DNA of 12,851 nt, taken from contig JBMFLH010000045.1 of the NCBI GenBank assembly GCA_049971295.1, positions 2,270 through 15,120 of the forward strand, read 5' to 3'. The stretch's first letter is position 1. The number at the start of each line of letters is the position of its first letter. The position numbers were made by a program, and so were the translations under genes. Of the stretch, positions 1 through 10,226 are shown in pieces. The DNA is from Candidatus Ratteibacteria bacterium. Lineage in GTDB: Bacteria > Ratteibacteria > UBA8468 > B48-G9 > DTJG01. Under the pieces are notes generated by a model that saw only the letters and a program-made list of their open reading frames with translations, was not told the DNA's origin and searched no databases.

Positions 1-4
1 TTAA

Positions 5-33
5 ATGTTAACTTTTTTCGCCGAGAGTGTCAA
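5..33 (-). promoter_or_regulatory. Putative sigma70-type promoter firing leftward out of the window
   Basis: Minus strand reads TTGACA (33-28), a 17-nt spacer, then TAACAT (10-5). This is a perfect -35 with optimal spacing and a TAnnnT -10, in the intergenic DNA after the stop at 41. Confidence 0.65.
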
Positions 34-40
34 AAGAATC

Positions 41-1435
<1,395 letters not shown>

Positions 1436-3043
1436 TCACCAGAAAAAATTGTTCTTTGAAAAAATCTGTCTTTTTTTCCAGTTTCTGTCGTCTGTCTCTG
1501 GAAAATCCTTTCTGAAATGGGCGCCCCTGCTTTCCTGTCTTTTTAACGCTGCATGCGCCATAACAAGTGCAAGAATAAACATATTTTGAACCTCCCATCC
1601 TGTCTGTGACGAAAATTCTTTCATAAATATGTACTTTCCCCATGCATCAAGTCGGTTTATGGCTTCAGTCAGGCCATCCTGATGTCTTTCTATGCCAACA
1701 TTTTTCCACATCAAGCTTTTGATGGATCTCTGCAAGTCGTAGATGTCAATGAACGGAATGTTTTGTTGCTTGATTTTATACTCAGATAAACGTGTATTTC
1801 CTGTATGACGATATGAGGTTAATTCGTCTCTAATTTTTCTACCTGTCCTTGCTCCAAAAACCAGACCCTCAAGAAGGGAATTGGAAGCCAATCTATTTGC
1901 ACCATGGACACCAGTGCACGCAACTTCCCCGCAGGCAAAAAGATTTTCAAGATTCGTTTTGCCATCAATGTCTGTTACAATACCGCCCATCGCGTAATGT
2001 GCACAGGGCCTTACAGGTATCAGCTGACTTGTTATGTCAAGCCCGTATTCAAGACAGAATTTGTATATAGCGGGAAACCGTTTAACAATAAATTGCGGCT
2101 TCATTTTTCTCAGGTCAAGATAAACACAATTTGAATTCGTTCTTCTCATTTCTGCAACTATGGCTCTTGACACAACATCTCGTGGAGCAAGTTCCATATC
2201 TGGATGATAATGTTTCATAAATCTTTCACCACCCGCATTCACCAGCATTGCGCCTTCACCCCTGACTGATTCAGAAATTAAAAATCTCGGTACACCTGCC
2301 ATGTAAAGTGCTGTTGGATGAAACTGATAAAATTCAATGTCTCCAAGCAGGGCGCCTTTGCGAAACGCTGCGGCCTGCAGGTCTCCTGTAATTGCTGCTG
2401 GATTTGTTGTTTCCTGAAAAAGCTGGCCAAAACCGCCTGAAGCAGCAATTGTCTTTTTTGCGCTGACAAAAAGCAAATTGTTTGTCGTGTGGTCATAAAA
2501 TATTCCACCAATGATTTTTTCACCATCAGAAACCAGATCGATGAGAAAAAGTTTTCCCTGAAGTACGATTTCAGGAATATTACCAATTTTTGAAAGAAGG
2601 GTATGAACAATCTCCTTTCCTGTTGCATCGCCTCTTGCGTGTAATATCCTGGGAAATGAATGCGCGGCTTCCTGGGTAAAATCCAGCGAGTTTCCTTTTT
2701 TATCAAATTTACAGCCCCAGTCGATCAGCTCCCTGACCCTTTCAATGCCTTCGTTGACAAGGATTGTGACTGCTGACGAATCATTCATAAAACAACCAGC
2801 AGCAACAGTATCTTTGAAATGGGATTGAGGACTATCGTTCTCTGAGAGAGCAACAGCAATTCCACCCTGAGCGTTGTAAGTGCTGCTATCATAAGGATCA
2901 TTTTTGCAGGCGACAAGTGTACGCATGCTTCCTAGTTCTATTGCTGCCCGCAATCCTGCAATACCACTGCCCACGATCAGACAATCAACATCCTCGATTG
3001 ATACTGAAGCAGGGTTGATGGAAATCAAATAATCGGGAATCAT
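1436..3043 (-). CDS. nadB: L-aspartate oxidase
   Basis: 535 aa. GSGIAG FAD motif, AQGGIA, EAAHS..RILH, QFHPT, ISESVRGEG, ELAPRDVVSRAI, HYAMGG, GVHGANRLASNSLLEG, ESRGAHFR. ATGA overlap with the def stop. Confidence 0.93.
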   Translation of the reverse strand: MIPDYLISINPASVSIEDVDCLIVGSGIAGLRAAIELGSMRTLVACKNDPYDSSTYNAQGGIAVALSENDSPQSHFKDTVAAGCFMNDSSAVTILVNEGIERVRELIDWGCKFDKKGNSLDFTQEAAHSFPRILHARGDATGKEIVHTLLSKIGNIPEIVLQGKLFLIDLVSDGEKIIGGIFYDHTTNNLLFVSAKKTIAASGGFGQLFQETTNPAAITGDLQAAAFRKGALLGDIEFYQFHPTALYMAGVPRFLISESVRGEGAMLVNAGGERFMKHYHPDMELAPRDVVSRAIVAEMRRTNSNCVYLDLRKMKPQFIVKRFPAIYKFCLEYGLDITSQLIPVRPCAHYAMGGIVTDIDGKTNLENLFACGEVACTGVHGANRLASNSLLEGLVFGARTGRKIRDELTSYRHTGNTRLSEYKIKQQNIPFIDIYDLQRSIKSLMWKNVGIERHQDGLTEAINRLDAWGKYIFMKEFSSQTGWEVQNMFILALVMAHAALKRQESRGAHFRKDFPETDDRNWKKRQIFSKNNFFW

Positions 3044-3549
3044 TTGTGAGCAAATGTTTCAATAAGACGCTTGAGCTTTTCCTGCCAGAATTCTTTTTCC
3101 TGTTTACTTGCGTGATCAACAATCAAAATTCCATCAAGATGTTCCATCTCATGCAGAAAACATCTCGCCAGAATTCCTTCTGCCTGAACTTTGATTTTCT
3201 TACCCGTACTGGTATAACCACTAATTAAAACTTTCTTTGGCCTTGATATCGCAAAATAAATTTCAGGAAAACTCAAACAACCTTCCATGTCAATCTCATT
3301 TTCTGAATCCATGTCCACAATGACTGGATTTACAATTTTGTAGATCTTCTTTTCCTCTCTGTCAACAGCAACAAATGCCCGCCTGCTCACACCAATCTGT
3401 GGAGCGGCAAGCCCTAAACCACAGGATTTTTCAAGTGTTTCTTCAAGGTCTCTGAATAAATCATGGGTCTTTTTTCCAAAATCATCAATCTCTTCTGCCT
3501 TTTTTCTCAAAATTTCTGCCCCGTACTTTCTTATTCTTCTTACAGTCAT
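3040..3549 (-). CDS. def: Peptide deformylase
   Basis: 169 aa carrying the three PDF motifs: GLGLAAPQIG, EGCLS and HEMEHLDG (HExxH). Confidence 0.93.
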   Translation of the reverse strand: MTVRRIRKYGAEILRKKAEEIDDFGKKTHDLFRDLEETLEKSCGLGLAAPQIGVSRRAFVAVDREEKKIYKIVNPVIVDMDSENEIDMEGCLSFPEIYFAISRPKKVLISGYTSTGKKIKVQAEGILARCFLHEMEHLDGILIVDHASKQEKEFWQEKLKRLIETFAHK

Positions 3550-3550
3550 T

Positions 3551-4834
3551 TCACAATCCGGACTTTTTAATAATGTCTTCCATAATTTTCATTGCACAGT
3601 ACTTCCCACACATATTGCAAACGTCTTCTGAATAAATTTTTTGGGACTGTCTGATTTTTTTGAATCTTTCCGGGTTAATCACGAGCTGTTCCTGTCGCTT
3701 CCAGTCCCTATGATATCGGGCAATTGATAGTTCATCATCCCATGCCCTGGCTTTCGGGTGTGCCCTGGCAATGTCTGCTGCATGAGCTGCAATTTTTGAA
3801 GCAACAACGCCATCTTCCACATCGGTAATTGTTGGAAGAGCCAGATGCTCGCTTGGAGTGACATAACATAGAAAGTCAGCACCTGCCCATGCCGCAAGGG
3901 CACCACCTATCGCAGAGGTAATGTGGTCATAACCAGCAGCCACATCAGTAACAAGAGGCCCAAGCAGATACAGTGGCGCTCCATGGCATACTGTCTTTGC
4001 AAGATGTACATTTGGAATCACCTGATGAAGTGGAATATGCCCGGGCCCTTCTATGATCACCTGGACATCTGCCTCCCACGCTCTCTGAGTAAGATTACCC
4101 AGCGTAAGGAGTTCTGCCATCTGCAAACTATCAGAAGCATCAGCAAGACATCCTGGTCTCAATCCATCGCCCAAACTCAAAACAAGGTCGTATTTTCTTG
4201 CAATTTCAATAAGTCGATCAAAATTTGCGTAAAGAGGATTCTCTTTGCCAGTGCTGATCATCCAGCTGGCGATGAATGCACCGCCACGGCTCACGATACC
4301 GGTTTTTCTTGATTTTCTCTTAAGTAATTCAAGAGATGACAGCGTCACTCCGCAATGAACCGTCACAAAACTGATGCCGTCTCTTGCGTGTTTTTCAATG
4401 ACATCAAACAGTTCATCTTCTTTAAGTTTCTCAATTGTTCTGTATTTTTCAATCGCTTGAATCATTGCCTGATAAACCGGAACAGAACCAACAGGGATAG
4501 AACTAGCATTGACAATCGCCTGCCTGATACGATCAAGATCACCACCGGTGCTTAAATCCATCACTGTATCTGCTTTCAGTCTGCTCGCTGTTTTTAGTTT
4601 TTCAAGTTCAAAGTCAATATTGCACACATCAGGGGATGTGCCAATATTGGTGTTCACCTTCACAGTTAAGTGTTCGCCAATTCCTGTCGATATATTTTTG
4701 TGTTTCAATATTACTGCCTTACCTTCAGCAACAGCGACAGCAAGCTTTTCAGGATCAACCTGTTCAAGAGACGCTACACTTTTCACAGCATCCGTAATGA
4801 TACCTTTTTTTGCCTGGTGTTTTTCAAGTATCAT
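3551..4834 (-). CDS. thiC: Phosphomethylpyrimidine synthase ThiC (short form); a BzaA/B/F-type paralog is not excluded
   Basis: 427 aa. [61 protein letters not shown], and C-terminal CxxCxxxC (CNMCGKYC). Confidence 0.85.
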   Translation of the reverse strand: MILEKHQAKKGIITDAVKSVASLEQVDPEKLAVAVAEGKAVILKHKNISTGIGEHLTVKVNTNIGTSPDVCNIDFELEKLKTASRLKADTVMDLSTGGDLDRIRQAIVNASSIPVGSVPVYQAMIQAIEKYRTIEKLKEDELFDVIEKHARDGISFVTVHCGVTLSSLELLKRKSRKTGIVSRGGAFIASWMISTGKENPLYANFDRLIEIARKYDLVLSLGDGLRPGCLADASDSLQMAELLTLGNLTQRAWEADVQVIIEGPGHIPLHQVIPNVHLAKTVCHGAPLYLLGPLVTDVAAGYDHITSAIGGALAAWAGADFLCYVTPSEHLALPTITDVEDGVVASKIAAHAADIARAHPKARAWDDELSIARYHRDWKRQEQLVINPERFKKIRQSQKIYSEDVCNMCGKYCAMKIMEDIIKKSGL

Positions 4835-6498
4835 ATTGTATCCTTAAAAATCGCACCTGTGGAAGCGTTTTTAACCAGTAACCTGTATCTTGCAAGAATT
4901 CCTGATAACTTTTTTTCTGGATGTTTCACCTTTTTCAATCTATCAAAAATTTCCTTCTCAGAAAGAAGAACATTCAATTTCCTCTCGGGAATATTAATCT
5001 CAATCATGTCTCCATCCTGAATACATGCAACGGGTCCGCCTTCGGCTGCTTCGGGACTGATATGCCCGATACAAGCGCCCCTTGTGCCGCCAGAAAATCT
5101 ACCATCTGTGAGAAGCGCCACATGTTCACCAAGTCCCTTACCTGATATTGCTGATGTCACAGCAAGCATTTCTCTCATACCAGGGCCTCCGCGAGGACCT
5201 TCATAACGGATGATGACGACATCTCCTTTTTTGATTTTTCCTTCAAGAACTGCTGAAAGACACTCTTGTTCTCCATCAAATACTCGCGCTGGTCCTTTGT
5301 GAACCATCATTGAACTTACCACTGCTGATTGCTTGATCACACTGCCGTCAGGCGCAATGTTTCCTTTTAAGATTGCTATACCGCCTTCATTTGAATAAGG
5401 GTCAGAAATCTTCCTGATGACAGACGGATCAAAATTTTTCGCTGCCTCTGCAATTTCTCCGATTGTTTTACCACTTACATTCTTTTCGTCTTTGTGCAAC
5501 AAATTCGCCTCGCACAATTCCTTCATCACAGCAGGAATTCCACCTGCCCTATCAAGGTCTTCCATGTGATGACTGCCTGCGGGTGAAATTTTACAAAGGT
5601 TCGGCACCTTTTTTGAAATGCTGTCAAATAAATTCAGTGTTAGGGCAATTCCTGCTTCGTGCGCAATCGCAGGAAGATGCAGAACAGTATTGGTGGAAGC
5701 GCCAATTGCCATATCCACGGCTATGGCATTTTCAAAGGACTTTATGGTAACAATATCCCTGATGTTCACATTATTTTTTACCATCTCCATAATTTTTATG
5801 CCAGCAAGTTTTGCAAGACGAATTCTTGCAGAATTCACAGCAGGAATTGTACCATTATAAGGCAATGCAATACCAAGTACTTCAGCAATACAGCTCATTG
5901 AATTTGCTGTAAACATTCCAGAGCACGATCCGCATGTAGGACAGGCATAGTCCTCAAGAATTTTTAATTGTTGCTCTGTAATTTCTCCTGATGATACCTT
6001 ACCGACTGCTTCAAAAACTGAAATCAGGTCAACTGTTCCAGCACCAGGACACACACCTGCAAGCATGGGCCCACCACTGATAAGAATTGCCGGGATATTC
6101 AATCTGAGCGCTGCCATCATCATACCAGGAATAATTTTGTCGCAGCTGGCGACAAGGACAAGTCCATCAAAGCCGTGGGCCTTCGCCATAATTTCAATTG
6201 AGTCTGCTATCAGTTCGCGCGAAACAAGAGAGTATTTCATTCCCTCGTGACCCATTGCAATACCATCGCAAACACCAATGGTCCTGAATTCAAGCGGAGT
6301 TCCGCCAGCCATCCTTACACCGCTTTTCGCTGCCTGACAAACTGAATCAAGATGAATGTGGCCGGGTATAATTTCATTGCCAGAATTACAGATACCAATC
6401 AAAGGTCTTTCTATTTCCTGGTCTGTTAAACCTGTTGCCTTCAGCAAACTCCTGTGCGGGGCTCTCACATAACCCTTTTTCACCTGGTCGCTAATCAT
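4831..6498 (-). CDS. ilvD: Dihydroxy-acid dehydratase
   Basis: [90 protein letters not shown]. Start placed at ATG 6498 (MISDQVKKG), which follows AGGAGG at 6508-6503, rather than at 6534 from the ORF track. Confidence 0.95.
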   Translation of the reverse strand: MISDQVKKGYVRAPHRSLLKATGLTDQEIERPLIGICNSGNEIIPGHIHLDSVCQAAKSGVRMAGGTPLEFRTIGVCDGIAMGHEGMKYSLVSRELIADSIEIMAKAHGFDGLVLVASCDKIIPGMMMAALRLNIPAILISGGPMLAGVCPGAGTVDLISVFEAVGKVSSGEITEQQLKILEDYACPTCGSCSGMFTANSMSCIAEVLGIALPYNGTIPAVNSARIRLAKLAGIKIMEMVKNNVNIRDIVTIKSFENAIAVDMAIGASTNTVLHLPAIAHEAGIALTLNLFDSISKKVPNLCKISPAGSHHMEDLDRAGGIPAVMKELCEANLLHKDEKNVSGKTIGEIAEAAKNFDPSVIRKISDPYSNEGGIAILKGNIAPDGSVIKQSAVVSSMMVHKGPARVFDGEQECLSAVLEGKIKKGDVVIIRYEGPRGGPGMREMLAVTSAISGKGLGEHVALLTDGRFSGGTRGACIGHISPEAAEGGPVACIQDGDMIEINIPERKLNVLLSEKEIFDRLKKVKHPEKKLSGILARYRLLVKNASTGAIFKDTI

Positions 6499-6511
6499 AT
6501 GTCCTCCTGTC

Positions 6512-7477
6512 TTAAATCGCCATTGCTTCAACAAGCTTCAATTTTTCTTCTGAAATATGTTTTGTGTTCGAAACAACCTCTTTCAAATCAACTCTCACGA
6601 TCTCTGTTCCGTGAATCCCAACCATAAAATGAGTCAATCCATCAACAAGCCCTTTTATTGCAGCATTGCCAAACATCGTGGCAAGACATCGTGTTTGATA
6701 CGTAGGAGTTCCTCCTCTTTGAATGTAACCCAGCACAGAATATCGCGCCTCAGCTTCGGGCATCAACTGTGTGATTTCTTTTGCAACTTCATGAGCTCTG
6801 CCTGCGCCTTCAGCAACGACCACCAGGAAACTGACTTTTCCCTTTATTCTGTCAACTTCAAGAATTTCCACAACCTTTCTTATTGTGATTGGTTTTTCGG
6901 GTATCATCACGATCTCTGCGCCAGACGCAATTGCAACATCAAGAGCGAGAAATCCATGTTCCCTGCCCATCACTTCAACAACGAATATTCTTTCGTGACT
7001 CGTTGCTGTATCCCTTATTTTGTCTATTGCTTCAATAGCAGTATTGACTGCTGTATCAAACCCAACTGTTTCATCCGTACCATAGACATCATTATCAATA
7101 GAAGCCGGAATCACACATACTGGAAACCCAAAATTTTGGTACAGAGCAGAAGCACCCCTGCTTGAGCCATCTCCACCAATCACGACCAGGCCATCAATTT
7201 TTCTTTTTTTTAAGTTCTCAAAACATACTGCCTGAACATCTCGCTCCTTTAATTCAGGAAACCTGATGGTTCTTAAAATCGTGCCACCGCGGTTGATAAT
7301 GCCGCTGACGCTGCGAGCATTTAACTCAATGATGTCATCTTCAAAAAGTCCTCTGAAACCTCTCCTGATGCCTGCAACCACCAGTCCGGCACCTATTGCG
7401 GTTTTCACAACCGCCCTGATCGCGCAGTTCATTCCAGGAGCATCGCCGCCACTGGTTAAAACTCCAATTTTTTTCAT
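6512..7477 (-). CDS. pfkA: ATP-dependent 6-phosphofructokinase (PfkA family)
   Basis: 321 aa. [58 protein letters not shown]. Confidence 0.93.
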   Translation of the reverse strand: MKKIGVLTSGGDAPGMNCAIRAVVKTAIGAGLVVAGIRRGFRGLFEDDIIELNARSVSGIINRGGTILRTIRFPELKERDVQAVCFENLKKRKIDGLVVIGGDGSSRGASALYQNFGFPVCVIPASIDNDVYGTDETVGFDTAVNTAIEAIDKIRDTATSHERIFVVEVMGREHGFLALDVAIASGAEIVMIPEKPITIRKVVEILEVDRIKGKVSFLVVVAEGAGRAHEVAKEITQLMPEAEARYSVLGYIQRGGTPTYQTRCLATMFGNAAIKGLVDGLTHFMVGIHGTEIVRVDLKEVVSNTKHISEEKLKLVEAMAI

Positions 7478-7480
7478 CTT

Positions 7481-8554
7481 TCAATATCCGAAATCAGCTC
7501 TGACAGAAAGTATTTTTCTTGTATCTACTTTTATTAAAGACATAGCAGCATCTGTCATTGAAGTAAATTTGTACCACCAGGGTTTTGACATTGCGCAGGC
7601 CAGGCGCCTGATAATATTGATTCGAGGAATTGCGATTCTTACAAATGATTGTTCAAGAGTATCCCAGTCCTTTGTCGCAGGATCTGTGAACGCCTCTTTG
7701 AAATACGCCCTTCCGCACATTGGTCCTGAAATCAGGTCGCATACAATACCGTACTGGGCACAGTACTGTTCAAAGTCAACCGCTGCACTGAGCAATAACA
7801 TTGGTCTTGGTGAAATTTTCTCCATTTCAACTGTGGCATCGCGAACTACCTGTGGACTCGCAACCTGAATAATTTTGCCATTTTCTTCAATCCACAGCAT
7901 GGGAACCTGAGTTTTATAAAAATGCCCTAAAGGACCAAAGTCCTTTGCCATTGCGATCACACCCTCTGGCAATCTTTTTGCAAAGTCAAGTTTGCTTTCT
8001 CCAGGCAGCTGAAACAGTAATGTCTCTGTAAACAATGGTTTGTGGAACTTTTTTGCTGCTTCAAACGCTTTTGAAGCAAATTCAATATTTTTGTCCCAGC
8101 TTTTTTTGTGCGCGGGATTGAGTTTCACAAGAATTTTAAAACCATCCACAGCATGAGCAACTTCTTCTGGCTGAACCGCAAATTTTGCAATCTGGCCTGT
8201 ACCGCCATCAACTGAATCAGTATTGGTATCTTCAAGCCGTCCAATCAACATTACATCTTTTCCGAGTGTTTCCCTGAAACCTGGAGAAAGATATGCCAGA
8301 TGATTGAAAAGCGCTGCTGTTGCGTTTCCTTTCAGATGCTTTGCAAATCTCAGACAAACTTCCTTTACATCATTATCATTCGGCTTTCTGTTAACACCGA
8401 TGTGCTTGAAATAGGCATCTGTCAGCTTCAGATAACTACTGTGCTGGTCTGACGCAAAAACATCAAAAACGCCTTCTGGAGAATACCTTGCAAGAATTTT
8501 GAAAATCTCTTCACTTACTCTAACTCCATCCTTATAAGTCGCAAAGTTTTCCAT
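7481..8554 (-). CDS. Divergent class I (Schiff-base) aldolase, tagatose-1,6-bisphosphate aldolase LacD / sulfofructosephosphate aldolase YihT-like
   Basis: 357 aa with a strong RBS (AGGAGGT). Motifs are collinear with LacD as I recall it: FASDQH (AxDQR), IGRLEDT (LLAYEKT), VDGFKIL (ADAVKFL), KPLFTE (PFFLE), FYKTQVP (VLKVEVP, Schiff-base Lys), LLLSAAV (YLSAGV), GPMCGRA (GVLCGRA), KPW near the C-terminus. Confidence 0.72.
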   Translation of the reverse strand: MENFATYKDGVRVSEEIFKILARYSPEGVFDVFASDQHSSYLKLTDAYFKHIGVNRKPNDNDVKEVCLRFAKHLKGNATAALFNHLAYLSPGFRETLGKDVMLIGRLEDTNTDSVDGGTGQIAKFAVQPEEVAHAVDGFKILVKLNPAHKKSWDKNIEFASKAFEAAKKFHKPLFTETLLFQLPGESKLDFAKRLPEGVIAMAKDFGPLGHFYKTQVPMLWIEENGKIIQVASPQVVRDATVEMEKISPRPMLLLSAAVDFEQYCAQYGIVCDLISGPMCGRAYFKEAFTDPATKDWDTLEQSFVRIAIPRINIIRRLACAMSKPWWYKFTSMTDAAMSLIKVDTRKILSVRADFGY

Positions 8555-8567
8555 ATGCTACCTCCTG

Positions 8568-9026
8568 TCATTTTAAGGAATTTTTGAACTCTTTCAGTTT
8601 TTCATACAGTCCGATGTCATTGAGCGCAAGAATTTCGATAGCAAAAATTGCGGCATTTTTCACTCCTGACCTGCCTATCGCCATCGTACCAACAGGGACG
8701 CCCGACGGCATCTGAACCATTGAATAAAGGGCATCAATCCCTTTAATTTCACTTGTTGGAAGCGGTACTCCTATCACAGGAAGTGTCGTTTTTGCAGCAA
8801 TCACTCCTGGCAGATGGGCAGCCATGCCAGCACAGGCAATAATCACCTGAATCCCTCGTTCTCTGGCTGACTCTGAAAAATTAATCGTTTTATCAAGGCT
8901 TCTATGGGCAGATATTACTTCCACAGTATAAGAAACCTCAAATTTATCCAGAATTTCCTTTGCACCATCAAGAAAAGGTAAATCGTTCTGACTTCCCACA
9001 ACCAACGCAATTTTTGCCTGTTCCAT
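8568..9026 (-). CDS. purE: N5-carboxyaminoimidazole ribonucleotide mutase
   Basis: 152 aa. GSQND, SAHR, AGMAAHLPGVIAAKTTLPVIGVP, GIDALYSMVQMPSGVPV. RBS GGAGGT sits inside the 3' end of the upstream gene. Confidence 0.95.
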   Translation of the reverse strand: MEQAKIALVVGSQNDLPFLDGAKEILDKFEVSYTVEVISAHRSLDKTINFSESARERGIQVIIACAGMAAHLPGVIAAKTTLPVIGVPLPTSEIKGIDALYSMVQMPSGVPVGTMAIGRSGVKNAAIFAIEILALNDIGLYEKLKEFKNSLK

Positions 9027-10190
9027 TTATACCTCCGATACGGTTTGTTCTATCTTTTCTATTGCTTTTTTTATTTTCTCTTCATCCACAGTCAATGCAA
9101 ATCTTACATAGCCATCTCCTGATGGTCCAAATCCAATACCAGGAGTCACAATAATTTTTGCCTTCAAAAGCAGGTTTTCAGCAAAGATGATAGAATTCTG
9201 TCTGATATTGAGCCACAAATAAAAGGTTGCCTGTGGTATTTTAACCTCAAATTTCAATTTCTTCAAGCCCTCAACCAGTACATCGCGTCTTTTTTGATAA
9301 ATTTTCCTCATTTCTTCCACATCATCCTGTGGACCCGCAAGACATTCAATTCCAGCAATTTGAATTGCTTCAAAAGTTCCTGAATCTATGTTTTCCTTTA
9401 ATGTGGCAAGCGCAGAAACCAATTTCTCATTACCGCATGCCCAACCAATACGCCACCCTGTCATATTGTATGTTTTTGAAAGCGAATGTATCTCAATACC
9501 AATATCCTTTGCTCCTGGAATTGAAAGAAAACTTACTGGCCTTTTACCATCAAAATAAATCTCGTGATACGCAGCATCATAGAGAATAATAATTTGATGC
9601 TTTTTACAGAATGCAATCACATCCTTCAAAAAATAAATGTCAGCACAGGCAGCAGTCGGATTGTTCGGATAATTCAGATAAAGAATTTTCGCCTTTTCAA
9701 CGATATTCTGTGGAATCTTACTTACATCTGGCAGGAAACCATTTTGCTCAACAAGAGGCATAAAATAAGGAATCCCGCCAGCAAGAATAGTACCTATCTG
9801 ATAAACAGGATAACCTGGTTCAGGCACAAGAGTGATATCGCCTGGGTTAATACAGGTAAATGGAAAATGAGCAATCCCCTCTTTGGAACCAATCAGAACA
9901 CAAATTTCCTTATCCGGCTCTAAATGGACATCAGAATATTTTTTATAATAATTCGCTATTGCTCTGCGAAAATCACTCCTTCCCTTTCCAAATGGATATC
10001 TGTGAACAGAAGGGTCTTCAACTGCCTTTTGCATTGCCCTTACAATTCTTTCTGGCGTTGGAAGATCAGGATCACCAACTCCCAAACTGATCACCTCATG
10101 GCCTTCTGCAATTAACTGTTTTCGTTTTTTATCAATTTCAGCAAAAAGATAAGGCGGAAGTTTTTTCATTTTTTCACTTGCTTCAAACAT
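9027..10190 (-). CDS. dapL: LL-diaminopimelate aminotransferase (PLP-dependent class I/II)
   Basis: 387 aa. LPPYLFAEID..ISLGVGDPDLPTP, GSKEGIAH, PGYPVY, LNYPNNPT, DAAY, HSLSKTYNMTGWRIG (PLP lysine), TPGIGFG..GYVRFAL. Directly downstream of dapB, with a GGAGG RBS. Confidence 0.8.
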   Translation of the reverse strand: MFEASEKMKKLPPYLFAEIDKKRKQLIAEGHEVISLGVGDPDLPTPERIVRAMQKAVEDPSVHRYPFGKGRSDFRRAIANYYKKYSDVHLEPDKEICVLIGSKEGIAHFPFTCINPGDITLVPEPGYPVYQIGTILAGGIPYFMPLVEQNGFLPDVSKIPQNIVEKAKILYLNYPNNPTAACADIYFLKDVIAFCKKHQIIILYDAAYHEIYFDGKRPVSFLSIPGAKDIGIEIHSLSKTYNMTGWRIGWACGNEKLVSALATLKENIDSGTFEAIQIAGIECLAGPQDDVEEMRKIYQKRRDVLVEGLKKLKFEVKIPQATFYLWLNIRQNSIIFAENLLLKAKIIVTPGIGFGPSGDGYVRFALTVDEEKIKKAIEKIEQTVSEV

Positions 10191-10226
10191 ATTTTCCTCC
10201 GAATAAAAAATTGTTTGAATTGATTT

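Noticed and set aside
1436..3043. Succinate dehydrogenase/fumarate reductase flavoprotein instead of NadB
   Set aside because: It lacks the covalent-FAD His segment (SHT/S..AQGG; here SSTYNAQGG), has the NadB-type EAAHS motif, and no Fe-S or membrane subunits are adjacent.
6499..6534. Longer ilvD start at 6534 from the ORF track
   Set aside because: It overlaps the pfkA 3' end. ATG 6498 has an AGGAGG RBS and gives a typical IlvD N-terminus.
6557..7868. Long plus-strand ORFs of 202 aa (6557-7165) and 200 aa (7266-7868)
   Set aside because: They lie fully antisense to pfkA and the aldolase, show no recognisable motifs, and look like shadow ORFs.
10191..10226. 36-nt AT-rich dapB-dapL gap as a terminator or riboswitch
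   Set aside because: There is a T-run but no GC-rich stem before it, and the gap is too short for a riboswitch. Only an RBS is evident.
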